DNA of 40,052 bases from Candidatus Omnitrophota bacterium (lineage in GTDB: Bacteria > Omnitrophota > Gorgyraeia > JABMQH01). The position numbers were made by a program, and so were the translations under genes. Below the pieces are notes generated by a model. That model was not told the DNA's origin. It was given only the letters and a program-made list of their open reading frames with translations, and made no database searches. Location: contig JBAWYO010000001.1 of the NCBI GenBank assembly GCA_037143495.1, positions 1 through 40,052 of the forward strand. The letters run 5' to 3'. This document shows positions 1 through 8,179 of the stretch, piece after piece. How positions within the stretch are numbered: position 1 is the stretch's first letter; every line of letters begins with the position of its first letter.

Positions 1-19
1 TAATAAAAGAGAGGAATTT

Positions 20-979
20 ATGAGATTTTTAGCAAAATACCTCACTATTTCGATACTCATCGTTTGTATCGGCAACCAGATGGTGTGGGCCCAAGGCGAT
101 ATGCTCCGTCCCCTGGCGGCCCTGGAACCCAAGCCGACGCCGCGGCAAAACGGCGATGATATGACCGATGACGTTATAGCGCTTTTCAGGCGGCGTCTTG
201 CGGGCGCGCCGGCTACCCTGGCAGCGTTACAACAGCGTATGGCAGAATTGAAAATGCGTGTGATCAAGGGTAACCCGTTTTCCCGCCAACAGCTCGAGGG
301 CGCGATCCCGATGCCTACGTCGCCGATCATAACCGCGCTTTCCTACGCGACCGATCGACGGGGCGCGGTGACCGGGGTTAGCCAATCATGGCTCTACTGT
401 ACGATCGACGACCTTGATGCGCGCCCCGATGCTTATCTGGCATTCATCCATGAGATCGTCGAGTCATCGATCCATGTGGGCACGCTCATCGAGCTCGCTC
501 GACAGGGGCGAGTCATTAATAACCAGACATCTCAGCAGCTTATACAACTCGACTATCCGCATGCGTTGGCGCATATAGAGGTCTTTGAACATTCGGACGA
601 ATATTCTTTTAATAACGATGAGCGTTTTCTGAACGCGCTCATGTTCTTCAGGTCCGCGCTCAGGTTGATCCAGCAGGAGAGGTTTACGACGCTCTTCCAA
701 ATATTCGGCAATACCGCGCAAAAGGCACACTACAATGCCATGCTAACAACGCTGGTAGCATTTCTTAATGAAGGGGCGGGGAAAAAAGTTATAGGACTTG
801 TTGTCAAGTGTGAGGATCCGCGTCAGTACAATAATGATACGCGGCGTTTTATAGCGTCAGAAAAAGATGACATTAGAGCGGGAGCAGAGCGCTTTTTACA
901 ACTCTGGAAAGGGCCGAGGCCCTCTCCAGGTCTTGCCATACCTCGCCAGCGCGCCCGCGACACCGGATCCGCTGTTTAG
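20..979 (+). CDS. hypothetical exported protein (signal-like N-terminus + LRPLA motif)
   Basis: 319-aa ORF with GAGAGG RBS just upstream of the ATG. N-terminal K/R + hydrophobic segment ends VWA-QG, then LRPLA at nt 104-118. No family recognised. Confidence 0.7.
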   Translation: MRFLAKYLTISILIVCIGNQMVWAQGDMLRPLAALEPKPTPRQNGDDMTDDVIALFRRRLAGAPATLAALQQRMAELKMRVIKGNPFSRQQLEGAIPMPTSPIITALSYATDRRGAVTGVSQSWLYCTIDDLDARPDAYLAFIHEIVESSIHVGTLIELARQGRVINNQTSQQLIQLDYPHALAHIEVFEHSDEYSFNNDERFLNALMFFRSALRLIQQERFTTLFQIFGNTAQKAHYNAMLTTLVAFLNEGAGKKVIGLVVKCEDPRQYNNDTRRFIASEKDDIRAGAERFLQLWKGPRPSPGLAIPRQRARDTGSAV

Positions 980-995
980 TGAGAGAAAGATATGT

Positions 996-2783
996 ATGGG
1001 TAATGCTACAGGTAAACTTCATATAGTAATACCGGTTTTTGTCGTGATTTTATTGGCGCATGCAGGAATAGTAACCGCATACGAACCATATTTCAGGCAG
1101 TCAAAAGGTGTACAAGATCGCATAGGATCCGAAGCACCCTTTAAAAATTTGCGCCCGTTGTCTTTTGACGAAAGAGAAGTTGAGGGAACGCGCAGGGTGG
1201 GTTTCCTGCAACATCATTTTTTTCTTTTGCCGCGGCACCTGCGTTCGAAGATTGACATACAGTATGGAAAATTTGAAGGTTCGGGAAGAGTCTATGTTAA
1301 ACCCGGCAGGGGGGCGTATTCTCATAATTATACATTCGTTGAATTTTCTTGCGGGGCATTGCCCGGGCTTCGTTTTACTATCGAGGCGATGAATCGGAAG
1401 GGAAACGAGGTCCGATTTACTTTAGAAACGCCCGGTGAGCAGCCGAAAAAGCTGGAACGAACGATCACTAGATATCTTGCTTTTGAAACGGATCCATTTT
1501 TTTCAGATTTTTTTGACCTGGTATTCGATATCCCCATTACGCCAGGGCCGGCGAGGGCGATCGCCATACGGGATCTTCTCCTTCGTTTGGACAAAACCGG
1601 TTTAGCCGATCGTCGTACAGAGAACGAGAGGGTCGGCCTGGGATTGAAGGGGCGGATACTCAATATTCCGCGCGGCGTTACCAGGCAGGAGATGCTTATC
1701 GGAGTCCTCGCAAGCAACAAAGGTGAAAACACTCGTTTTATAATGTGTTATGATAAACTTGATGAATCACGATTTTTCATATTTGAAAATAAAGATGACG
1801 CACTTATTAATCCTGCAACCGGGGCCCCGGCCGTAGATACAAAGAGATCAGAAGGGTCCAATGTTACGCCTGGAGATGTTCCCCAGCTCCAGAGCCTGTT
1901 TTTTCAGAGTTCACGCTCTCTTCTTGTCATTAAAGATCTGAGGGACCGCACATTTTACCCGCTGCGCAATGCACCCGGAGAGAGGCATAAGATCGGGTTC
2001 TCCCGGGATATGGATATCGCGATCGTAAAGGTAAACGAAGTCACCTCAACCAGCCTTACAGGAACTAAAGGGCATGGCAGGCTTCGCGGACCTGTACAGG
2101 GAGAAGAAGAGTGGCCGGCTATGCCCCTGCTAGTCGTTAAAAAAGATTTGTTGCGGCCGGAAGCGATCCCAGGCGGAGCCGATGCCTCGTCCCTCAAAGC
2201 CAGCAAAGACCATATTTTATTTGACGAGTCAATCCTGAAAGAGTGGCCCGATTTTCTCGGATTTTTTAAAGACGGCGCGTATACCTATTATAAACGTCTT
2301 AACGAAAGCCTGCGCGATGGCGCCGCCACGCGCGTCGTGTACAGGCGCTTAGGGCCGGAAGATATCCTCATTACCGCAACCATGCAGGGAGACAAAAGTT
2401 TCGTCTTGGATGGAGTTCTGTGGAAAGTCGGGCCGTTGAAAGGTAAGCCGGTTGAGTTTTCCGGCCTCATAAATTTCCAAATGCTGGCCGCAAAATATGG
2501 TTCGAATGAGATCATGACTTTGCCGCCGTCGTTTGTCGAGATGTTTATGCCGAAGGAAATAGACAGTCCGGAGTTCAGAAGGAGGCGGTTTACGGTGCCG
2601 TCGCTTCACCTTGAGGATGATATGCCTGTTATCAAACCCTCTCAACCTAAGGTAGCGTCAAGGGTCTCCCTTGAATCGAGCGCCAGCGTTGAACAAAAAA
2701 GATTATTCCGGATCTCCGAAGTGCCTTCCGCTGTGCTGGGAGATATCCCGCGGGTTTCAGAAGAGAGACCATTCGACGTATAG
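996..2783 (+). CDS. hypothetical exported or membrane-anchored protein (LRPLS-FDERE motif)
   Basis: ORF-track frame 867..2783. I prefer the ATG at 996 (GAGAGAAAGA RBS), which sits 17 nt after the upstream stop and gives an N-terminal hydrophobic segment IVIPVFVVILLAHAG. LRPLS at nt 1149-1163. No family recognised. Confidence 0.65.
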   Translation: MGNATGKLHIVIPVFVVILLAHAGIVTAYEPYFRQSKGVQDRIGSEAPFKNLRPLSFDEREVEGTRRVGFLQHHFFLLPRHLRSKIDIQYGKFEGSGRVYVKPGRGAYSHNYTFVEFSCGALPGLRFTIEAMNRKGNEVRFTLETPGEQPKKLERTITRYLAFETDPFFSDFFDLVFDIPITPGPARAIAIRDLLLRLDKTGLADRRTENERVGLGLKGRILNIPRGVTRQEMLIGVLASNKGENTRFIMCYDKLDESRFFIFENKDDALINPATGAPAVDTKRSEGSNVTPGDVPQLQSLFFQSSRSLLVIKDLRDRTFYPLRNAPGERHKIGFSRDMDIAIVKVNEVTSTSLTGTKGHGRLRGPVQGEEEWPAMPLLVVKKDLLRPEAIPGGADASSLKASKDHILFDESILKEWPDFLGFFKDGAYTYYKRLNESLRDGAATRVVYRRLGPEDILITATMQGDKSFVLDGVLWKVGPLKGKPVEFSGLINFQMLAAKYGSNEIMTLPPSFVEMFMPKEIDSPEFRRRRFTVPSLHLEDDMPVIKPSQPKVASRVSLESSASVEQKRLFRISEVPSAVLGDIPRVSEERPFDV

Positions 2784-3010
2784 TGCTGTAGCTGTCCTAG
2801 CCAGGCACACCCTACAAATACAAATATTTTAAAATAGTTACAAGAAATTACCTCCTTTTCTCGTCTATAGAGAAAAGGAGGTACTTTTATGCCTACAGCA
2901 AAGAGAGTAGTCTAGGGCAATAGGGGCTGAAGAGCTGACCGCATAAAAAATAATTAAAACAAAATTCCTCCCAAAATCGTCATATAGAGTGGGAGGTATT
3001 TTTATGTCTG
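2784..3010 (+). repeat. left part of composite intergenic repeat: L-arm (GCTGTAGCTGTCCT..AGGCACACCCT), AT-rich spacer, two SD/anti-SD hairpins
   Basis: Nt 2807-2871 are identical to 8079-8143 (about 65 nt). Related copies at 15149, 17069 and 24560. The second hairpin module (2941-3010) resembles 24595-24660. Confidence 0.85.
2849..2890 (+). terminator. hairpin TACCTCCTTTTCTC/GAGAAAAGGAGGTA followed by CTTTTAT
   Basis: 14-bp perfect stem with a 7-nt loop and T-rich tail, directly downstream of the CDS ending at 2783. Confidence 0.6.
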
Positions 3011-3065
3011 CGATGTTTTTAGGGAATATGAACGATTTATGACCGGGTAGAGAGAGGGGGAGATC

Positions 3066-3599
3066 ATGAAAGACGTGTTGCCGCAGGAAATTATGGAACA
3101 AAAGATTTTTATGATCAGGGGCCATAAAATAATGCTGGATGCAGACTTAGCAAAACTTTATGGAGTCGAAACCTTTAATTTAAATAAAGCGGTAAAGCGC
3201 AATAGAGAACGATTCCCGGACGATTTTATGGTCCAATTAACCGCAAACGAGTTCGAATCTTTGAGATTCCATTTTGGAATGTCAAATGCAAAGCGAGGCG
3301 GCAGGCGGTATTTACCCTATGCTTTTACTGAGCAAGGGGTCGCCATGTTGTCCAGTGTTTTACGCAGTAAAAGAGCGATCCAGGTCAATATAGTCATCAT
3401 GCGCGCTTTTGTTAAATTGCGCCAGATCTTGTCGACGCATCAGGAATTGGGCAGAAAACTGAGTGACCTGGAGCGAAAGATAGAGAAACATGATGGGGAG
3501 ATCCAGGCCATATTCGAGGCTATCAGGCAGCTCATGGAATCGCCGCCGTTGAAGGAGAGGGTAATCACCGGCTTCCAGCCGCCGGATAAAGCAAAGTAA
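3066..3599 (+). CDS. ORF6N domain-containing protein (KilA-N-related DNA-binding family)
   Basis: N-terminal IRGHKIMLDADLAKLYGVETFNLNKAVKRNRERFPDDFMVQLT and YLPYAFTEQGVAMLSSVL are typical of ORF6N proteins. C-terminal coiled-coil-like tail. GGGGGAG RBS. Confidence 0.85.
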   Translation: MKDVLPQEIMEQKIFMIRGHKIMLDADLAKLYGVETFNLNKAVKRNRERFPDDFMVQLTANEFESLRFHFGMSNAKRGGRRYLPYAFTEQGVAMLSSVLRSKRAIQVNIVIMRAFVKLRQILSTHQELGRKLSDLERKIEKHDGEIQAIFEAIRQLMESPPLKERVITGFQPPDKAK

Positions 3600-3605
3600 A
3601 AGTAG

Positions 3606-3685
3606 AGGAAGTGCTGGACAAGGCCTTTAAAATAAGCTAACTTGAAATACGTAGGCTGTATCCAAATAGGACGTCTATGTATTAC
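3606..3685 (+). repeat. right part of composite repeat: conserved promoter-like box (TGGACA 3615-3620, N17, TAACTT 3638-3643) plus R-arm (..AATAGGACGTCTATGTATT)
   Basis: GAAGTGCTGGACAAGGnnTTAAAATAAGnTAACTT recurs at 17216, 24685, 31698 and 36288. The R-arm is complementary to the L-arm motif. Confidence 0.8.
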
Positions 3686-3701
3686 AAAAAAGGAGGGCGG
3701 T

Positions 3702-4127
3702 ATGGATGCGGTATTAAGAAGTGAAGCGCTCGCGTTCGCGCGCAGCGGGAATATCTCGGTCCTCGCGACCGTGTCAAAAACGAAGACCGCGACTGCGCGG
3801 GTGATGCAGGTCGTTAAGGTCGACGATGACTTTACCGTCTGGTACAGCTCCTACGGCGCTTCGGAAAAGCTCAAAGAGCTCAAGACCGATCCAAAGGCGT
3901 GCATCATCATGAACAATTGCGCGACCACCTCCGATATCCGTCTCTACGGCGCGATCGATATCCTGACGGATCAGGCGACCAAAGAGAAGCTCTGGCAGGA
4001 GGAGTGGACGCGGTACTATCCCAAGGGCAAGACCGATCCGAATTATGTCGTGCTTAAATTCACCGCTGATATCGTCGAGTATCGCAACATGGCCAAATAC
4101 GGGATGATGGCTACGAGGGTTAAATAG
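3702..4127 (+). CDS. pyridoxamine 5'-phosphate oxidase family protein (general stress protein 26-like)
   Basis: Pattern VLATV..ARVM..V..DDDFTVWYSS...SEKLKELKTDPKACII...IRLYG fits the PNPOx-like FMN-binding split barrel. AGGAGGG RBS before the ATG at 3702. The upstream TTG start in the ORF track lies inside the repeat. Confidence 0.75.
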   Translation: MDAVLRSEALAFARSGNISVLATVSKTKTATARVMQVVKVDDDFTVWYSSYGASEKLKELKTDPKACIIMNNCATTSDIRLYGAIDILTDQATKEKLWQEEWTRYYPKGKTDPNYVVLKFTADIVEYRNMAKYGMMATRVK

Positions 4128-4222
4128 CTGCTGGCGCCAAGAACTCTTCCTGGCGCAGAGGCCATATGAGTAACGATCAAACCGCGCCGCACACTCTTGT
4201 GGCGTATTCCGTGAGTTTGGAG

Positions 4223-4277
4223 GTTGGGTCCGTTTCCCACGGAATTGAGAAGTGGCATTTTTGGAAACGGACCCAAG
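4223..4277 (+). repeat. short copy of hairpin repeat family 2 (GGGTCCGTTTCC...GGAAACGGACCC)
   Basis: 12-bp perfect inverted arms. Shares the GAATTGAGAAGTGG core with 9091, 21623 and 23077. Lies between convergent genes. Confidence 0.8.
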
Positions 4278-4302
4278 ATTCCACTCGCATTAAAGCAAAA
4301 AG

Positions 4303-7300
4303 TTATATCTGCGATAATAAATAAAGCTCTGCCCTGCGCGCGAGAAACTTTACAGCTTTCAGTTTTTTGTTGGCATAATCAAATTCGGATATTGAATCCG
4401 GTTCGCCTGTTTGCGGGTTTTTGCTTTCGTGGTATACCTTGAGTATCCAGTCGTTTTCGCCTATTCTTGCGGGGACTACCACAACATTAATTCCGGGCTG
4501 TTTGCTGCCTGAGGCAAGAGCGAGTTTTTTGCTTAAAACCACACCAATGTAGATTAGCCCCCCAGATAAGGTAGTACTCTTAAACTCATTAAGTTTAACA
4601 TCTTTGCCGTCAAGTCTATCAAGTATTCGCTGTTTTCCAGGACCAGGGTAGGATTCTAATTTTTTCCCTTCATAATCAAACCTGCTATAACTGTCAGGTG
4701 CGTCTCTTGAGGGGTCTTTACCTTCCGGATATACCTTAAAAATCCATCCGTCAACTGGGTCTTGTTCGGGGACAATGGTGGCATTGACGTTTACTCGTTC
4801 GCTGCCTGAAGCAAGATAAACATCTCTACCTGCAAGCCTGCCAATGTAGATTGTTCCGTTTGCATTCGTTTTTGCTTCAAACGTTACGAGCCTAACATCC
4901 TTGTCTTCCAATCGGTCTAATATCCTCTGTCGTGCAGGTCCAGGGTAGGATTCTAATTTTTTCCCTTCATAGTCAAACCGGCTATAACTGTCGGGTTCAT
5001 CTTTTGATGGGTCTTTACCTTCCGGATATACCTTAAAGATCCATCCGTCAACAGGGTCTTGTTCGGGGACAACCAAGACATTAACGTTTGACTGCTCGCT
5101 ACCTGAGGCAAGGTCGACTGGTTTCACTGCAAGATTGCCAATATGGATTTGCCCTATTGAATTCGTTTTTGCTTCAAACGTTACGAGCCTAACATCCTTG
5201 TCTTCCAATCGGTCTAATATCCTCTGTCGTGCAGGTCCAGGGTAGGATTCTAATTTTTTCCCTTCATAGTCAAACCGGCTATAACTGTCGGGTTCATCTT
5301 TTGATGGGTCTTTACCTTCCGGATATACCTTAAAGATCCATCCGTCAACAGGGTCTTGTTCGGGGACAACCAAGACATTAACGTCAGGTTGTAAACTACC
5401 TGCGGCCATGGTAAGTTTTTTGCCTGCAATACTGCCAACATAGATTTGCCCCTGAGCTCCCGTTGTAGTCTTAAAAGCTGCGGGATAGGCAGTGATACCA
5501 TTAGCCTTTAGAGTAAGCAGCATCATAAATCTCAATTCACTCCATGGTAACTTTTCAAGCACGCTTCTAACGTTCATCCCAAGTTTATGTATTTCAGGGA
5601 GTGTGCTGTTTTCCATATCTATGAGTCTCATGACTATTGCTTGTCGGATGGCAGGATCGGCAATATCTTGCGCATTTTGGGCTATAAATCTATGTATCGT
5701 TTCGCAGGCCGCGTTTACATGGGCCATCGGTGTAATCCTGGGCGGGATTATCTTAAGCAATAAGGCATATCTACTGCGCAAATTCTGACGTATGCTTCCC
5801 GGCTCTGCATTCGCGTCCAGGCGCCCTGATATATAACTCCTCTCCTCCCGTTCAGGGAATAATTGAGCAAGGAGCCTGTTTCTGTTTGCGATGAGTTCTA
5901 TGGCGCCTATTAATTCCGTAGAAGACATGGAGGCCTGTAAGGTGGCATGTGATGTCTCGTTTTCCAAAACCTTTGCCGCCGCAAGACCGTTTGTGTTTTT
6001 AAGGGAGGTGTATAACGCGCTAAAGCGGGACACCTCTGTGGCCAGGAATTGTTTATTCGCCTTCCTGGAAAGAAGATCAAGTATAAAGCGGGCATTCCTC
6101 TCCGAGAGAAGCAGAAGCGCCGACGGCCTGCGCTCGAAAATCTCAAGCTGCTGATAAAATTCTGCAGACGGCCTTACCTTTGTCTGCTTCAATTCCTGCG
6201 GCCTGATGAGATCCCTGTCAAGGCCTCCCCAGTCCTCATGTAAGGCTATAACCGCCGCTATATGTTCGGGCCTTGGCTGTGCAAGAGGCTGGCCTGTATG
6301 CCCTTTCATTAAAGGAGGCACCCTCAATCCGAATCCAGGTACCATAAGTAGCTGTTTTTTTACATCTTCCCTTCTTTCAGGTTCGATGTCGTGCATCTTA
6401 CGCAGGATTATCACCCTGAACCGTTTCTTAATCATCTGTTCTATTTCGCCGATAACCTCGGGTTCGTAATTCTCGCGAAAGAGGCTCATTGCTGCCGGAT
6501 CAGGAGAGAATCCTGTTTGCGCATTCTCAACCAGCTCAAAGCCGGCCTCGTTGATATTGGTTAAAAAATCTGGGGTGACATCAACAGTCGCCGGAAGGGT
6601 AATAGCAAATTCAGCTTTTGGTTTAAGGACCCTGTTTGCTTCAAGAAGGGTAGCGACAAAATCTTCTTTTTTCAGATGATGGATACTGAATGAGGCCGAG
6701 ACAAGGCCAAAGGCCCCTTCATCGGGCAGGTCCTGCTGTAAGTCTGCCATCGAGGCACAGAAGCCGTTCTGGTTAACCGCGACATCTCTCATGTCCTGAC
6801 GCAGCTCTATGTCGGTGACAGGGGGCTGAGTTACGCCAGACTCCTGCAATGCCAGATATAGGGCGCTTGTGCCCGCGCCCAGGTCCAGCACCTTGTCAAT
6901 TGAGCCGTCTATAATAGCTGGCGCATACCTGTCGGCAAGCCAAAGGACTGAAAGCCAGTCAACGGTGATCTTTAGATATTTGGCAAATTGTTCAGGGTCA
7001 GTCCTGTTGCCTCCCCATTCCAGGCGCGATGATCTTAAAAACGTAAGAGGGGCAAGGCACCGCGACATATCACACATCTCGACATCAGTAAGGGTCTCTG
7101 CTTCTAAACGCTTTGCGAGTTCCGCGAGCCTTTTACATGATTTGCTGCTTTCAAGAAGGGTAATCCTTTTCTGCTCTATCTGTTCAACGCTTTGTCCGCG
7201 AATGCGTATCTGACTGAGCTTATGCGATAAGGTTTCGATCATGGGTATATCTTTGTCTCCGATATCTGTTTTTCGGGCAGTTAAAGCACTGAAGTGTGTA

Positions 7301-7809
7301 CTTTCATCAGCAGTTAAAGCGGGAGTAAGGTAGCCCTGGTAACGGATAAGAAGTCTTAGGCGTTCTCTCTGGTCGGAAAGCGTTTCTCTTTTCTGGCGCA
7401 GTAATTCTTCTTTGGCAGTTTCGCTTTCTATAAAGCCATGGGTCACCACATCGTCCTGACCTATGCGCATCTCATGCCCATTTTTTATATTTACAACAGT
7501 AAATACCCATTTGATCCTATGATTACCAAGACTGCAGGTTACACCATCCGGATCATAAGCACAAGAGACGCCACCTGTGTTGGTATGCTTTAACTCCCAC
7601 TCTGCGCGAGCCGCTCTATAATCCTGCTGCGGATCAGAGCATTCTCTTATAAATGTTGCCTCTGTCTTAACCTGTTCGCTAGATTCACGTTCAGCAAATG
7701 ATATTGCACGTAATGAATCGCGCGTAATCAACCCGCCCCATGCTCCATTTTGGGACACAAGGTTTAAAATTAAAATTGTACTTAAAAACCCGGCTATTTT
7801 TTTTCTCAT
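4303..7809 (-). CDS. large exported protein with class I SAM-dependent methyltransferase domain and four C-terminal 99-aa repeats
   Basis: 1168 aa with a signal-like N-terminus (MRKKIAGFLSTILILNLVSQNGAWG) and LRAIS-FAERE motif (nt 7713-7699). MTase motifs VLDLGAGTS, FGLVSASFSIHHL and LEANRVLKPKAEF lie at about nt 6520-6957. The repeats are unrecognised. Confidence 0.85.
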   Translation of the reverse strand: MRKKIAGFLSTILILNLVSQNGAWGGLITRDSLRAISFAERESSEQVKTEATFIRECSDPQQDYRAARAEWELKHTNTGGVSCAYDPDGVTCSLGNHRIKWVFTVVNIKNGHEMRIGQDDVVTHGFIESETAKEELLRQKRETLSDQRERLRLLIRYQGYLTPALTADESTHFSALTARKTDIGDKDIPMIETLSHKLSQIRIRGQSVEQIEQKRITLLESSKSCKRLAELAKRLEAETLTDVEMCDMSRCLAPLTFLRSSRLEWGGNRTDPEQFAKYLKITVDWLSVLWLADRYAPAIIDGSIDKVLDLGAGTSALYLALQESGVTQPPVTDIELRQDMRDVAVNQNGFCASMADLQQDLPDEGAFGLVSASFSIHHLKKEDFVATLLEANRVLKPKAEFAITLPATVDVTPDFLTNINEAGFELVENAQTGFSPDPAAMSLFRENYEPEVIGEIEQMIKKRFRVIILRKMHDIEPERREDVKKQLLMVPGFGLRVPPLMKGHTGQPLAQPRPEHIAAVIALHEDWGGLDRDLIRPQELKQTKVRPSAEFYQQLEIFERRPSALLLLSERNARFILDLLSRKANKQFLATEVSRFSALYTSLKNTNGLAAAKVLENETSHATLQASMSSTELIGAIELIANRNRLLAQLFPEREERSYISGRLDANAEPGSIRQNLRSRYALLLKIIPPRITPMAHVNAACETIHRFIAQNAQDIADPAIRQAIVMRLIDMENSTLPEIHKLGMNVRSVLEKLPWSELRFMMLLTLKANGITAYPAAFKTTTGAQGQIYVGSIAGKKLTMAAGSLQPDVNVLVVPEQDPVDGWIFKVYPEGKDPSKDEPDSYSRFDYEGKKLESYPGPARQRILDRLEDKDVRLVTFEAKTNSIGQIHIGNLAVKPVDLASGSEQSNVNVLVVPEQDPVDGWIFKVYPEGKDPSKDEPDSYSRFDYEGKKLESYPGPARQRILDRLEDKDVRLVTFEAKTNANGTIYIGRLAGRDVYLASGSERVNVNATIVPEQDPVDGWIFKVYPEGKDPSRDAPDSYSRFDYEGKKLESYPGPGKQRILDRLDGKDVKLNEFKSTTLSGGLIYIGVVLSKKLALASGSKQPGINVVVVPARIGENDWILKVYHESKNPQTGEPDSISEFDYANKKLKAVKFLARRAELYLLSQI
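4306..5493 (-). repeat. four in-frame tandem repeats of 297 nt (99 aa); two units share a 224-nt perfect identity (4864-5087 = 5161-5384)
   Basis: Read directly. Unit consensus: VPEQDPVDGWIFKVYPEGKDPSKDEPDSYSRFDYEGKKLESYPGP.RQRILDRL.DKDV. Confidence 0.9.
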
Positions 7810-8020
7810 ACTATATTAGAATCCTATCATCTCAAACTAAAGAATTTTAATATTATTTTTAATACAAATGAAAAAAAATCAGCCCAACTGGAATGTTTGG
7901 AATAGCCCTAATCAGCATAAATAGCCATATCGTTAATGAATCTCACTGGCCAAGATAAGTATATCCTGTGTTTCTTGATTTTACAAATAAATGATTGTAA
8001 TATTAGTCACAAGATTACAG

Positions 8021-8170
8021 CGTTGTAGGCGTCCTATTTAGGTACACCATATAAGTGCTGTAGACGTCCTGTTCAGGTACACCCTACAAATACAAATATT
8101 TTAAAATAGTTACAAGAAATTACCTCCTTTTCTCGTCTATAGAAAAAAGGAGGTAATTTTATGCCTGCGC
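8021..8170 (+). repeat. composite repeat, left type: two tandem L-arms (8021-8049, 8055-8086), spacer, SD/anti-SD hairpin
   Basis: Near-identical to 2784-2895. No R-arm or promoter box follows, because the minus-strand CDS ends at 8180. Confidence 0.85.
8117..8160. terminator. hairpin AAATTACCTCCTTTT/AAAAGGAGGTAATTT, possible bidirectional terminator
   Basis: 15-bp stem flanked by A-run and T-run, 20 nt beyond the stop of the minus-strand CDS 8180..8989. Confidence 0.55.
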
Positions 8171-8179
8171 CGGTGGACG

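Noticed and set aside
867-995. Longer upstream starts given by the ORF track (867, 3642, 9217, 16979, 21691, 23130, 24743, 27071, 27823, 32948, 35259, 36337, 38407)
   Set aside because: These extensions overlap the preceding gene or run through intergenic repeats. Internal ATGs with RBS-like sequences, start/stop overlaps (ATGA, TAATG) or resulting signal peptides give more credible starts.
4864-5384. Diversity-generating retroelement (template/variable repeat pair) as an explanation for the 224-nt duplicated segments
   Set aside because: The two copies are identical rather than differing at adenine positions. Both are in-frame units of the same tandem protein repeat, and no reverse transcriptase or accessory gene is nearby.
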